NCBI GenBank assembly: GCA_947625145.1
Contig: CANQNC010000005.1
Span: 2,965 to 66,964 of the forward strand
Direction of reading: 5' to 3'
Origin: an uncultured Clostridia bacterium
GTDB lineage: Bacteria > Bacillota > Clostridia > Christensenellales > CAG-917
Length of the DNA: 64,000 bases
Within the stretch, counting starts at the first letter, position 1. Each line of letters opens with the position of its first letter. Below the pieces are notes generated by a model. The model was not told the DNA's origin, did not search any database, and saw nothing but the letters and a program-made list of their open reading frames with translations. Below are positions 37,991-47,780 of this stretch, piece by piece. A program made the position numbers and the translations under genes.

Positions 37991-39304
37991 TCATTTCCTC
38001 CTCAGTCCCTCAAACAGCGTCAGCGATCCCGCAACAAGCACGCGGTCCGAGCGTACGAACGCCCGATTTATCCCTTCCTTGACGTCGTTTGCGAGTTCGC
38101 ATTTTACACCGTGGGCTTCGAGGACGTCCGCAAGTTGTTTTTTGTCGAGCGCCCTCGGCGAATTGGGAGTGATCGCCGTCGCGCCCAAAAGGCAGGGGGC
38201 AAGCCTTTGCACGACTCCCTCCACGTCCTTGTCCTTCAACATTCCCATGACAGCCCACACCCCGTTTGGAAAATAGCGCTTCAAACATGTTGCCAACGCG
38301 TCCGCGCCGTGCGGATTGTGCGCGCCGTCGAAAACGAGGGTTTTTCCCTCGGGAATGTCCACATAAAGGTCTGGTTGCGCGTTTTGGAACACTTCGAAGC
38401 GCCAATGCCACACCGCCTTTTCAAGCCCTCGTTTTATGTCCTCGCGTGTGAGAGGGAGGCGTCTTTTTGCAAGCTCCTCCGCGGCGCATATGGCGATCGA
38501 GGCGTTTGTCAATTGATGCTCGCCGAGCATGCGTATCTCGTACTCTTCCCCCTCGTACTCGAAGCGTTGTCCCAAGAGGTCCGAGCTTATGAGTTTCGCC
38601 TCGCCGCACACTTTCAGCCTGCACGGCATGAGGTTTTTTTCGCCGTCCTCGTATCTGTACGGGCGCCTCAGCTCCCGCATGATTTCCTCGCTCTGCGGGC
38701 AAGTCACCGCGTCGCCGTCTATGATCGCCGCCTTCTCCGCCGCGATCTCGGAGAGAGTATTTCCAAGGACGTCGGTGTGGTCCAACCCTATGGGAGTGAT
38801 CACGGCAAGCAGTTTTTCCCGCATGGCGTTTGTGGCGTCGTAGCGGCCGCCCAAGCCCGTTTCTATCACGCAGACGTCACATTCCTCCCACGCGAACATA
38901 CTGAAAGCGATGAGGGTTTCAAGCTCGAACGCGGTCGGATGCAAGGGCGCAAGCGAAAAGCTCTCTCTCATCTTGTTTTCCGCCTCAATGCCCTCCTCCA
39001 CGAACCGAAAATACAGGTCAAGCAAATGATCGGACGCGGGTTTGCCCGAAATGAGCCACCTCTCGTTGTAGCGTCCCACGGACGGCGAGTTGTAGGTGCC
39101 CACCTTGTATCCCGCCTCTGTCAAAATCGAGGTCAGATACGCCGAGACAGAGCCCTTGCCGTTGGTGCCCGCGATATGGATGCAATTCAGCCTGTCGTCG
39201 GGAGCGTCGAGCGCGTCCAAAAGCTCGCGCGTGCGCTCCAAGCCCAGATCGACTTCCGCGCGCGATAGTTGACGGATCCTTTGTTGAATGTCATCTGAAA
39301 ACAA
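37991..39304 (-). CDS. folC: bifunctional folylpolyglutamate synthase / dihydrofolate synthase
   Basis: It contains [11 protein letters not shown] and Mur-ligase-like middle and C-terminal domains. I prefer the TTG start at 39304, preceded by GGAGG. The ORF track's ATG at 39412 would add about 36 non-homologous residues. Confidence 0.85.
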   Translation of the reverse strand: MFSDDIQQRIRQLSRAEVDLGLERTRELLDALDAPDDRLNCIHIAGTNGKGSVSAYLTSILTEAGYKVGTYNSPSVGRYNERWLISGKPASDHLLDLYFRFVEEGIEAENKMRESFSLAPLHPTAFELETLIAFSMFAWEECDVCVIETGLGGRYDATNAMREKLLAVITPIGLDHTDVLGNTLSEIAAEKAAIIDGDAVTCPQSEEIMRELRRPYRYEDGEKNLMPCRLKVCGEAKLISSDLLGQRFEYEGEEYEIRMLGEHQLTNASIAICAAEELAKRRLPLTREDIKRGLEKAVWHWRFEVFQNAQPDLYVDIPEGKTLVFDGAHNPHGADALATCLKRYFPNGVWAVMGMLKDKDVEGVVQRLAPCLLGATAITPNSPRALDKKQLADVLEAHGVKCELANDVKEGINRAFVRSDRVLVAGSLTLFEGLRRK

Positions 39305-39527
39305 AATGCGCCTCCACAGGGAAGCACTCGAAAGCTCCGAAGCGGGAGTGAGCTTCGCACCGCAAGCCGTTGTGTGCTTTTCGTCCGCTGACACCCCCCG
39401 TTCAGGCGGCACTTGACGCGCGAAGTTCTACTACTTCCTTGTAAATTGATTTGATAAGTCAAGTGTAGCATATTCTCGCCCGTATGGCAAGCACATTTTG
39501 CGCCCTTTCAAACCGCGAAAAAAACGG

Positions 39528-39556
39528 TTGCCATACCGCAAAACTTAATATATAAT
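39528..39556 (+). promoter_or_regulatory. sigma-70 promoter for the two-gene membrane-protein operon
   Basis: TTGCCA, a 17-nt spacer, then TATAAT. Confidence 0.6.
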
Positions 39557-39626
39557 GATTGTATTGTAACAAATCTGCAAAAAATTTTTTGTCATTATAC
39601 GGAAATTTGCAAAAAAGGAGGAGCGT

Positions 39627-40454
39627 ATGTTTGCAAATCTGACGTCCGCGCTGACGCTTGACTCGCCTTTGATGTACATTTTATACGGCGTGGTGCTTGC
39701 CTTTGTCATCGGGCTTTCCGTCTTTTACATAGTCATCTCTTTGCAGCGCGCGAAGAAGCTGGGCATTGCGAGGGAAAAGCTGAAAAAGGTGATCACGACG
39801 TCCATATCCTTTTCCATACTCCCCGCGATCGGGATCGCGCTCGGAGTGGTCACGCTTGTGGGGACTTTGGGCGTCGCCTTCCCCGCGATACGTTTGAGCG
39901 TGATCGGGTCCTTGCAATACGAAACGCAGATGGCGGACGGCGCGGCGACGGCGATCGCGGGTTCCATGCAAGCGCTTATGGCAAAGGGCATCTCGGCAAA
40001 GGATTTTGTGACGATCGCAACTGTCATGACGGTCTCCATCATGTCGGGTCCCATTGTCGTGGTCATTTTTTACAGGCGTTTACAGCCAAAAATCGGCAAT
40101 CTGATGGGCAAATCCACGGGCGGGAGCGGCAGCGTAAACTTGGGCGAGCTCATCTTTCAGGTCTGCTTCATAGGCATGGTGCTCGGCTATCTTGCGATGA
40201 GCATCACTTCGGTCGCGACAAACGCGTCGTATGTGGACGCCTACTACAACTTCATCGCGGTGGTCGTCGCAATGATCATAATGTACTTGTGCGATCTGCT
40301 GATAAACAAGCTGGGCTGGAAGTGGTTGGACAGCTTTGCCACCCCCGTTTCCATGCTCATCGCAATGATAGTTGTCGCGATCATCAGCTATTGCTCGGTC
40401 AAAAACGGCTGGGCGGTCACTCCCTCCGCAGGGGAAGCGGCGTTTTTGATGTAG
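39627..40454 (+). CDS. polytopic membrane protein, unknown function
   Basis: 275 aa with about 6-7 hydrophobic helices and an AAGGAGGAG Shine-Dalgarno. I can name no motif with confidence. Confidence 0.6.
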   Translation: MFANLTSALTLDSPLMYILYGVVLAFVIGLSVFYIVISLQRAKKLGIAREKLKKVITTSISFSILPAIGIALGVVTLVGTLGVAFPAIRLSVIGSLQYETQMADGAATAIAGSMQALMAKGISAKDFVTIATVMTVSIMSGPIVVVIFYRRLQPKIGNLMGKSTGGSGSVNLGELIFQVCFIGMVLGYLAMSITSVATNASYVDAYYNFIAVVVAMIIMYLCDLLINKLGWKWLDSFATPVSMLIAMIVVAIISYCSVKNGWAVTPSAGEAAFLM

Positions 40455-40464
40455 GAGGCGCAAA

Positions 40465-41454
40465 ATGAAAACTTTGAGCGACTACAATGCAAAATATCAC
40501 GTCATAGGCAGGATCTGGACGGCGCTTGCCATAGCGCTGTTCGTCATGATCCCCGTGTCGATAGGGCTTTACTACAAGCAGACGCCCGATTGGAAGGTGT
40601 TCGGCTCCGCGGCGGTCATCATCCCCCTCATCATCAACTTTCTCTCGGGGATTGTGGAGCCCATCATCTACGCGCCCATGCTTGGCACAAACAGCGAATA
40701 TCTCGCGTTCATCACGGGCAACTTGTCCAACCTCAAAATACCCTGCGTGGTCAAGGCGCAGGAGATTTGCGGGACAAAGCTCGGCACGGAGGAAAACGAA
40801 GTCGTGTCCACGCTGGCTGTCGCCGTAAGCACCCTAGTCACTGTGGTGATCGTCGCGATCTTCGTCCTCTGTCTGGGGCTTAGCAACCTAGGCGACGTCG
40901 TAAAGAAAAACGAATGGATAATGCCCGCGTTCACCTGCGTGGTGTACGCCCTGTTCGGAAGCCTCGGCGGAAAATACGTGACAAAAAATCCAAAGCTGGC
41001 GATCTTCCCCGCGATCATCATCGTGGTGCTGTCCGTGATCCTCGGCGTGGTCAAGGTGGGCGGCTCAATAGGCTCCGCATACCTGTTTGTGGGCATAGGC
41101 ATATGCGCGATCTTCGCGACGTTGCAAGTGGTGCGCGACAAAAAGAAGCGTGCCGCCGCCGCGCGCGCGGAGGAGCTTGGCTCAATAAGCGACTCACACG
41201 TTCAGACGGACATGTCCTCTGTCGAATATGCCGCCGCGGACGTTGAGGGGAACGAAGCCGACGAAGCGGAACAAGTTTCGGACGTTGAGCAAGCAGAAAA
41301 AGCGGAAGAGGAGCATATGTCCGAAGCCGCTTCGGACGAAAACGTTCGATCGGAAAGCTCTTGCGAAGCCTCGGATCTTGCCGGAGACAAAACCGAACAT
41401 ACGGACGACGAGAACGGCAATATCCTTTCGGACGGCGAGGGCGCGGAGGAATAA
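40465..41454 (+). CDS. polytopic membrane protein with an acidic C-terminal tail, unknown function
   Basis: 329 aa, starting 10 nt after the previous gene. About 230 aa of hydrophobic core are followed by about 95 aa of acidic low-complexity tail. Confidence 0.6.
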   Translation: MKTLSDYNAKYHVIGRIWTALAIALFVMIPVSIGLYYKQTPDWKVFGSAAVIIPLIINFLSGIVEPIIYAPMLGTNSEYLAFITGNLSNLKIPCVVKAQEICGTKLGTEENEVVSTLAVAVSTLVTVVIVAIFVLCLGLSNLGDVVKKNEWIMPAFTCVVYALFGSLGGKYVTKNPKLAIFPAIIIVVLSVILGVVKVGGSIGSAYLFVGIGICAIFATLQVVRDKKKRAAAARAEELGSISDSHVQTDMSSVEYAAADVEGNEADEAEQVSDVEQAEKAEEEHMSEAASDENVRSESSCEASDLAGDKTEHTDDENGNILSDGEGAEE

Positions 41455-41585
41455 AAGCTCTCCCCCGCCGTCCCGCGGACGACAAACAACGGAAGCAGGC
41501 GCGGCAAGACGTCCTCGCACAGAAGCGTAAATCAGCGTATCACAAACGAAAAAACAATAGCATAAAACAGCAAGGATATAAAGCA

Positions 41586-41609
41586 AGCGCCGAGGAACTC
41601 CTCGGCGCT
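41586..41609. terminator. GC-rich hairpin between convergent genes
   Basis: AGCGCCGAGGAACTCCTCGGCGCT is a 10-bp stem. The flanking T-runs are weak in both directions. Confidence 0.45.
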
Positions 41610-41648
41610 TCAAATATACGCAATTTCAATTATACGCGATTTTGATTG

Positions 41649-43319
41649 TCAGCCCAAGATAGCCACCGCGATCCCGCAGAAGATGATAAGCGACACCGCG
41701 TCCACAATGGTCGTGATGAAGGGGCTTGCGACCGCCGCGGGGTCGAGGCGGAGGGTCTTTGCGAGGATGGGAAGGGAACAGCCCACAAATTTTGCAAGCA
41801 CGATCGTGACAAACATGACGAAGGATACGATCGCGGACAGCGCGACAGTATAGTCCTTGTATCCGAAGATGAGGTTGTCGATGATCATCAGCTTTGCAAA
41901 GCAGGCGACGGCAAGGGTCAGCGCGATCAAGACGGAGGCTCTGAACTCCTTCCAAACCACCCGCCAATAGTCCGACGTGTTCAGCTCCCCAAGCGCAAGC
42001 GCGCGTATGACCGTGACCGAGGATTGCGAGCCCGAGTTGCCGCCCGTGTCCATCAGCATAGGCACGCAGGCGAACAGCACGGGGCTTATGGCGTTCAGTT
42101 TGCCCTCGAATTTGTTGATGATCAGCCCCGTGAAGGTCGCGCTGATCATGAGGATCAACAGCCATGGTATCCTGTTTTTCCAAATGGAAAACACGCTTGT
42201 TTTGAGATAGGGCTTTGTTTCGGGAAGGATAGCGTTCATCTTTGCGATATCCTCGGTGTTTTCCTGTTGCAGGACGTCCATAGCGTCGTCGACCGTGACA
42301 ATGCCTACAAGCCTCATTTCCCTGTCCGTGATGGGGATGGCGAGGAAGCCGTAATTCGAGATCTTTCTTGCGACGTCCTCCTTGTCGTCCAGCGTGTGCG
42401 CGTAGATGACGTTGTTTTCCATGATATCTTCCACTTTCGCCTGCCTGTCCGCAAGCATAAGATCCTTTGCGGTCACGGCGCCGAGCAGTTTGTTTTTGTC
42501 GTCCGTGACGTAGCAGGTGTAGATGGTCTCCTTGTCTATCGCGATCTCTCTTATGTGGTCGAAAGCCTCCGCGACTGTCATCTCCGGGCGCAACGAGACG
42601 TATTCGACAGTCATTATGCTGCCCGCGCTGTCCTTGGGATATTTGAGTATCTCGTTTATGTATGCCCTAGCCTCGCTGTCGCTGAGCGCGAGCATGCGCT
42701 TGACGACGTTTGCGGGCATTTCCTCTATGAGATCAACCGTGTCGTCGATGAACAACTCGTCCATGACCGCCTTTATTTCGCGGTCGGTGAGTTTGCGGAT
42801 CAGCTTTTCCGCTGTGTCGATGTCTATCTCGACAAACACTTCGGCGGCGAGGTCCTTGGGCAGTATCCTGAACAACAAAGGCAGATCTTCCTCGTCCGCG
42901 CTGTCGAAAACGCTTGCGAGGTCGATCTCGTTCATTGAAGCAAGCAGAGGCTTGAGAATGTTGAATTTGCGCTCCTCGAGCAGTTTCAGGATCTCGTCCT
43001 CCTCGGCGATCTTCTGCACGAGTTGATGAGGCATGTCCTCGATGATGTCCACCGTGTCGTCGACCGAGATGTCCTCCATGACCGCTTGCAACTCGTCGTC
43101 GTGCAAGCCGTCTATCAGATGCTCCTGCAAGTCGCTGTCCAAAAGGACCATGACTTCGGCGAGGACTTCGCTGTCCAGAGCGCGCGCAAACGGCAGGATA
43201 TGCTCCTGCTCCAACTCGCCTATGATCTCGGCGATCTCCTCGGGCTCGAACTTTTTCACAGCCTCTGCCGCGCCCTCATAATCCTTGTTTTGAAAGAGCT
43301 TGATCAGTTCCTCTGTCAT
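41649..43319 (-). CDS. mgtE: magnesium transporter MgtE with a duplicated N-domain
   Basis: 556 aa with a CBS pair, a five-helix transmembrane domain and PMLMDTGGNSGSQ. Two consecutive MgtE_N-like segments are present. Confidence 0.9.
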   Translation of the reverse strand: MTEELIKLFQNKDYEGAAEAVKKFEPEEIAEIIGELEQEHILPFARALDSEVLAEVMVLLDSDLQEHLIDGLHDDELQAVMEDISVDDTVDIIEDMPHQLVQKIAEEDEILKLLEERKFNILKPLLASMNEIDLASVFDSADEEDLPLLFRILPKDLAAEVFVEIDIDTAEKLIRKLTDREIKAVMDELFIDDTVDLIEEMPANVVKRMLALSDSEARAYINEILKYPKDSAGSIMTVEYVSLRPEMTVAEAFDHIREIAIDKETIYTCYVTDDKNKLLGAVTAKDLMLADRQAKVEDIMENNVIYAHTLDDKEDVARKISNYGFLAIPITDREMRLVGIVTVDDAMDVLQQENTEDIAKMNAILPETKPYLKTSVFSIWKNRIPWLLILMISATFTGLIINKFEGKLNAISPVLFACVPMLMDTGGNSGSQSSVTVIRALALGELNTSDYWRVVWKEFRASVLIALTLAVACFAKLMIIDNLIFGYKDYTVALSAIVSFVMFVTIVLAKFVGCSLPILAKTLRLDPAAVASPFITTIVDAVSLIIFCGIAVAILG

Positions 43320-43367
43320 CTAAGCCTCCTTCCGACGGCGGCGCCGTCCATATCATATCGTCAAACG

Positions 43368-43925
43368 TCACATATCAATGTGTTCGAGCAAACTGCCGTC
43401 CTCGAGGGAGAGGATGTCAAGCCCGTCGTCCGAGATCACCGCGTACGACCTCGGCACGCCCGCCGCGCTCATTCCTATCGCGCCCACGCACACATAGCGC
43501 ACGCCGTCCACGACTCTCGTCTGCGGCTTGTGGAAGTGGCCGTAAAACACGGCGTCTCCCCCTTCAAGCCCCTCCATGGGCATGTCCGCGTTGATCTTGT
43601 GCCCGTGCGTGAAGATCAGCTTCTTTCCTTTGCGCGGAATGGAGACAGAGTTGTAAAAGGAAAATTCGCTGATCATGGCGTCCACTTCGCTGTCGCAATT
43701 TCCCTTGACCACGCTCAACTTGTCCTTGACGGCGTTCAACGCCGCCGCGACCTGCATGGGCGCATAGCCCTCGGGGAGAGGGTTGCGCGGGCCGTGATTG
43801 TAAACGTCCCCCAAGATCACTATACGCATATTTCCGTCCGCGGGCGATAGCCTTTGGACTTCGGCGAGAAACTTTTGCGCCATCGGCGCGGAGCCGTGTA
43901 TGTCCGAACCCACAAATATCTTCAT
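43368..43925 (-). CDS. YfcE-like metallophosphoesterase
   Basis: It starts MKIFVGSDIHGS and contains GDVYNHGP, GNCD and GHFH motifs. Confidence 0.8.
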   Translation of the reverse strand: MKIFVGSDIHGSAPMAQKFLAEVQRLSPADGNMRIVILGDVYNHGPRNPLPEGYAPMQVAAALNAVKDKLSVVKGNCDSEVDAMISEFSFYNSVSIPRKGKKLIFTHGHKINADMPMEGLEGGDAVFYGHFHKPQTRVVDGVRYVCVGAIGMSAAGVPRSYAVISDDGLDILSLEDGSLLEHIDM

Positions 43926-44090
43926 AAAAGCCCCCTTGCGTTTTACTTTTCTTAGATTGTAACACATTGCGCAAAATAGGTCAATTTGTTGAAAACTTTT
44001 TTAATATTGCTCTTGTACAGACAATTACTGTTATGTTATAATGACTTTAATCAGCGCCGAATGAGCTTTCGGCAAAATCGGAGGATTTTT

Positions 44091-45863
44091 ATGAACGAAA
44101 CAGTCAGGTTGAGCACCCCCTTTGAAGTCGGCGAAATTCCGCTTGCGGAATATCCCCGTCCGCAGTTTGCAAGGGACAGCTATCTCACTCTCAACGGGAA
44201 ATGGGACTATGCCATACTCCGCAAAAGCGAGCCGTTCGGCGGGGAGTATCAAGGCAAGATCCTCGTCCCCTTCTCGCCTGAGGCGTTGCTTTCGGGGTTG
44301 CCCGAGGGCACTTGCGTGAAGCCTGACGACGCGCTTTACTATCACAGGACGTTCGACGTGCCCGCGCTGTTTTTGAAGGCGCACACGGTGCTGCACTTCG
44401 ACGCTGTGGACTTCGAGTGCAAAGTCACCCTCAACGGAGCGATCGTGGGGGAACATTCGGGCGGATATATGCCCTTTGCTCTTGATGTGACGGACGCCAT
44501 AAAGATCGGCGAAAACACCATAGAAGTCGTGGTCACGGACCCGTCCGACACGTCATATCACACTCACGCGAAGCAAGCAATCAAGCGCGGCGGCATCTGG
44601 TACACCCCGCAATCCGGCATTTGGCAGAGCGTGTGGCTTGAAAGCATGCCCGAGGCGTATCTCGAGGACGTCACCATCCTCCCCGACATAGACAGAAACG
44701 TCGTCAAACTCTCCTTTGTGAAATCAAAAGATCTGCCCGTGGAAGTGCTTGTGCTCGACTCCCCCGAGGGCGAACAGCGTCAGCTTGCCGCCGCGATCTG
44801 CAAGGGCGACGAAATAGAGATTGAGATGAAGGACTACGAGCTGTGGTCCCCCGAAAATCCCAAACTGTACGGGCTTGCGTTCAAGATCGGCGACGACATC
44901 GTAAGGTCATACTTCGGCATGCGCAAATTCAGCTGGATGAAGGACAGCAAAGGCTATATGCGTATGGCGCTCAACAACAAGCCCTACTTCATGAGCGGCG
45001 TGCTCGACCAAGGCTATTGGTCGGACGGCATGCTGACCCCTCCGTCCAACGCGGCGCTTGAATGGGACGTCAAACTTGTCAAATCCATGGGCTTCAACAT
45101 GATAAGGAAGCACATCAAGATAGAGCCTTTGAGGTGGTATTATCACTGCGACAAAGAGGGCGTCCTCGTCTGGCAAGACATGGTGACGGGCGGCACGAAA
45201 TACAAGATGCTCTACATAGGCGTGCTGGCGTTTGTCGGCATCCACATCAAGGACAACACCGAGGCGGCGTACAAGCGTCTCGCGCGCGCGGACAAGGAAG
45301 GACGCGACGAGTTCGAACGCGAGGTCCGCATCACAATGAATCACCTCAAAAACTGCGTGGGGCTTTCCACATGGGTGCCCTTCAACGAGGGTTGGGGACA
45401 GTTCGACTCCGTGCGCATCTGCAACGACATGCGCAAGCTCGACCCCTCCCGCCTGCTGGATTGCGTTTCGGGTTGGAACGATCAGGGCAAGGACACTTCG
45501 GAGACGAAGAGCCAACATATCTACTTCCGCCCCATCACGGTCCCGAAATTCGACAAGCGTTGCAAAGTGCTCAGCGAGTTCGGCGGATATTCCCTCAAAA
45601 CGGAAGGACACGTTTTCTCCCCGAACAAGAGCTTCGGCTATCGCATCTACAAGTCGAAAGAGGCGTACGCAAAGGCGTTCAAAAAGCTGTATGAAAAGCG
45701 CATAATCCCCAACGTCGCAAAGGGATTGAGCGCGACCGTCTACACGCAGGTGAGCGACGTCGAGGAGGAGATCAACGGCTTCGTCACCTACGACAGGAAG
45801 GTCATCAAACTGCCCGTGGACCTCGTGAAGGGGCTGAACGCGCAACTCAAAATTGAGGACTGA
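44091..45863 (+). CDS. glycoside hydrolase family 2 protein
   Basis: The start MNETVRL has a GGAGG Shine-Dalgarno. The N-terminal sugar-binding-domain pattern EYPRPQFARDSYLTLNGKWDY is present, and the TIM-barrel region contains NMIRKHIKIEP and WVPFNEGWGQ. Confidence 0.75.
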   Translation: MNETVRLSTPFEVGEIPLAEYPRPQFARDSYLTLNGKWDYAILRKSEPFGGEYQGKILVPFSPEALLSGLPEGTCVKPDDALYYHRTFDVPALFLKAHTVLHFDAVDFECKVTLNGAIVGEHSGGYMPFALDVTDAIKIGENTIEVVVTDPSDTSYHTHAKQAIKRGGIWYTPQSGIWQSVWLESMPEAYLEDVTILPDIDRNVVKLSFVKSKDLPVEVLVLDSPEGEQRQLAAAICKGDEIEIEMKDYELWSPENPKLYGLAFKIGDDIVRSYFGMRKFSWMKDSKGYMRMALNNKPYFMSGVLDQGYWSDGMLTPPSNAALEWDVKLVKSMGFNMIRKHIKIEPLRWYYHCDKEGVLVWQDMVTGGTKYKMLYIGVLAFVGIHIKDNTEAAYKRLARADKEGRDEFEREVRITMNHLKNCVGLSTWVPFNEGWGQFDSVRICNDMRKLDPSRLLDCVSGWNDQGKDTSETKSQHIYFRPITVPKFDKRCKVLSEFGGYSLKTEGHVFSPNKSFGYRIYKSKEAYAKAFKKLYEKRIIPNVAKGLSATVYTQVSDVEEEINGFVTYDRKVIKLPVDLVKGLNAQLKIED

Positions 45864-45929
45864 AATCAACAACGGATAGGGCGCTCCCTGCGCAAAACGC
45901 GCGGAGCGTCTCCGTTTTAAGAGGAGCAT

Positions 45930-46760
45930 ATGAGCATAGCCGACAAGATTTTCATCCAAACCTGCCGCGAGATCATCGACCACGGCGTCTCGGACGAGGG
46001 GCTGGACGTCCGCCCGCACTGGGAGGACGGCACGCCCGCGCACACGATCAAACGCTTTTGCATCGTCAACAGATACGATCTGAGCAAGGAGTTTCCCATC
46101 ATCACGCTCAGGCGCACCGCCTTCAAGTCCGCGATAGACGAATTGCTGTGGATATGGCAAAAGAAATCCAACAACGTGCACGAGCTGTCCTCGCACATCT
46201 GGGACAGTTGGGCGGACGAAAGCGGCTCGATAGGCAAGGCGTACGGCTATCAGCTGGGAGTGAAGCACGTCTATCCCGAAGGCGAGTTCGATCAGGTCGA
46301 CAGAGTGCTTTACGATTTGAAGCATACCCCGCAATCCCGCAGGATATTGACAAACATCTACAACTTTCAGGACCTACACGAGATGCACCTCTACCCCTGC
46401 GCCTACTCCATGACCTTCAACGTCACGGGAGACAGGCTGAACGCCATACTCAATCAGCGCAGTCAGGACACGTTGACCGCAAACAATTGGAACGTGGTCC
46501 AATACGCGGTTTTGGTGCATATGTTTGCGCAGGTCAGCGGGCTGAAAGTCGGCGAGCTTGTGCACGTCATTGCGGACGCGCATATCTACGACCGCCATAT
46601 CCCCATTGTGGAGGAGATACTCAAAAACCCGCAATACCCCGCGCCCGTTTTCAAGATGAACGAGCGGATACGCAACTTCTACGACTTCACGACGGACGAC
46701 TTCGAGCTTGTGGATTACAGATACACAAAGCTGGACAAAAAGATTGAGGTCGCAATATGA
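45930..46760 (+). CDS. thyA: thymidylate synthase
   Basis: 276 aa with the catalytic LYPCAYSMTF region and RSQD motifs. Confidence 0.9.
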   Translation: MSIADKIFIQTCREIIDHGVSDEGLDVRPHWEDGTPAHTIKRFCIVNRYDLSKEFPIITLRRTAFKSAIDELLWIWQKKSNNVHELSSHIWDSWADESGSIGKAYGYQLGVKHVYPEGEFDQVDRVLYDLKHTPQSRRILTNIYNFQDLHEMHLYPCAYSMTFNVTGDRLNAILNQRSQDTLTANNWNVVQYAVLVHMFAQVSGLKVGELVHVIADAHIYDRHIPIVEEILKNPQYPAPVFKMNERIRNFYDFTTDDFELVDYRYTKLDKKIEVAI

Positions 46761-47263
46761 AAACGATCGTCGCGGTGGACAGAAAATGGGGCATCGGCAA
46801 AAACAACGGCTTGCTGTTCGATCTGAAAGCGGACATGCGGCATTTTGTGGAATGTACGCGGGGCAAAACCGTGGTCATGGGCTACAACACATTGCTGTCT
46901 CTGCCAAACGGCATGCCTCTTAAGGGGCGGGAAAACATAGTGCTGTATCCCGACGGCGACGACGCCGACGCCTCTTCAAAGGGATATACCCTTGTGCGCT
47001 CGCTTGACGCACTGCTCGACGTTCTGCGCTCAAAAAACGACGCGTTTGTGATAGGCGGCGCAATGATGTATCGCACTATGCTCCCCTATTGCGAAGAGGC
47101 GATAGTCACCAAGGTGGACGCGGACGGAGGCGCCGCCGTATTTTTCCAAAACCTCGACGAAGTCCCCGAGTGGGTCTTGACCGAGGAGAGCGAGCCTATG
47201 CGGGACGGCGATTTCGACATCCGCTTTTGCACTTACAAAAACTCCTCTCCCCTGCCCTTCTGA
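46757..47263 (+). CDS. folA: dihydrofolate reductase
   Basis: 168 aa with IVAVDRKWGIGKNNGL and VIGGAMMY. The start overlaps the thyA stop. Confidence 0.9.
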   Translation: MKTIVAVDRKWGIGKNNGLLFDLKADMRHFVECTRGKTVVMGYNTLLSLPNGMPLKGRENIVLYPDGDDADASSKGYTLVRSLDALLDVLRSKNDAFVIGGAMMYRTMLPYCEEAIVTKVDADGGAAVFFQNLDEVPEWVLTEESEPMRDGDFDIRFCTYKNSSPLPF

Positions 47264-47296
47264 CCTTACGTTCGGGCACGACGAGACAATTTTTAC

Positions 47297-47325
47297 GCCG
47301 AGCGCTTCCCGCCTCGGCTTTTTTG
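47297..47325 (+). terminator. intrinsic terminator after folA
   Basis: GCCGAG, a 10-nt loop, then CTCGGCTTTTTT. Confidence 0.6.
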
Positions 47326-47384
47326 TTTGCAAAAAAAAATCAAAAAAGCGTTGACAATCGCAAGAAGCTGTGCTAATTTAGGTT

Positions 47385-47657
47385 TGTAAACCGTTGAAGC
47401 GGAAGTAAAGCCGTTTATGCCTTCACAGAGAGTCGGCGAGGATGAGAATCCGACAAGAAACAGTTCGGCAAATGGACCGCTGAGGGTGCGGAACAAAGGC
47501 GTCGCAGCCGAGTATTTCGCAACGCGAGGACATGCGTCAGTTGTCGGGGATATGTTTGTATCCCGTCAAGAGCACAGCTCGGCTGTGAAGCAAGGTGGCA
47601 CCGCGGATATTCGTTTATTCGTCCTTGACAACGTATAGCTTTGTCAAGGACTTTTTT
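47385..47657 (+). promoter_or_regulatory. T-box leader, Trp specifier (UGG)
   Basis: The stem I elements CAGAGAGTCGGCGAGGATGAGAA are present. The specifier-loop context is GGCAAATGGACCG. The T-box sequence AAGCAAGGTGGCACCGCGG lies at about 47588-47606. The terminator is GTCCTTGACAACGTATAGCTTTGTCAAGGACTTTTTT (47621-47657). A candidate promoter, TTGACA-17-TAATTT, lies at 47351-47379. Confidence 0.8.
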
Positions 47658-47780
47658 GATGGCAAAGCGAAGGAAGGGAGTATGAATTTGACAAGACGAT
47701 GGCGACGCATGAAAGCTCATGTATCTTTTCATCAAATCGCAAAACAGACATTTTATCATATCAAAATAAGGAGATAAACC

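Noticed and set aside
39305-39480. THF or ZTP riboswitch upstream of folC, prompted by a CCGCCTGAAC string resembling the ZTP 3' element.
   Set aside because: The upstream ZTP core (GGGUCGUGACUGGCG-type) is absent and the 3' element deviates (GAAC rather than GGGC). No THF consensus is visible. An Infernal scan would settle it.
43320-43367. M-box (Mg2+) riboswitch upstream of mgtE.
   Set aside because: Only 48 nt separate mgtE from the upstream yfcE-like gene, far too short for an M-box.
44907-46334. A 475-aa minus-strand ORF spanning the end of the GH2 gene and the start of thyA.
   Set aside because: It crosses an intergenic region and two well-supported plus-strand genes, and its product is low-complexity. 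It is an antisense artefact.
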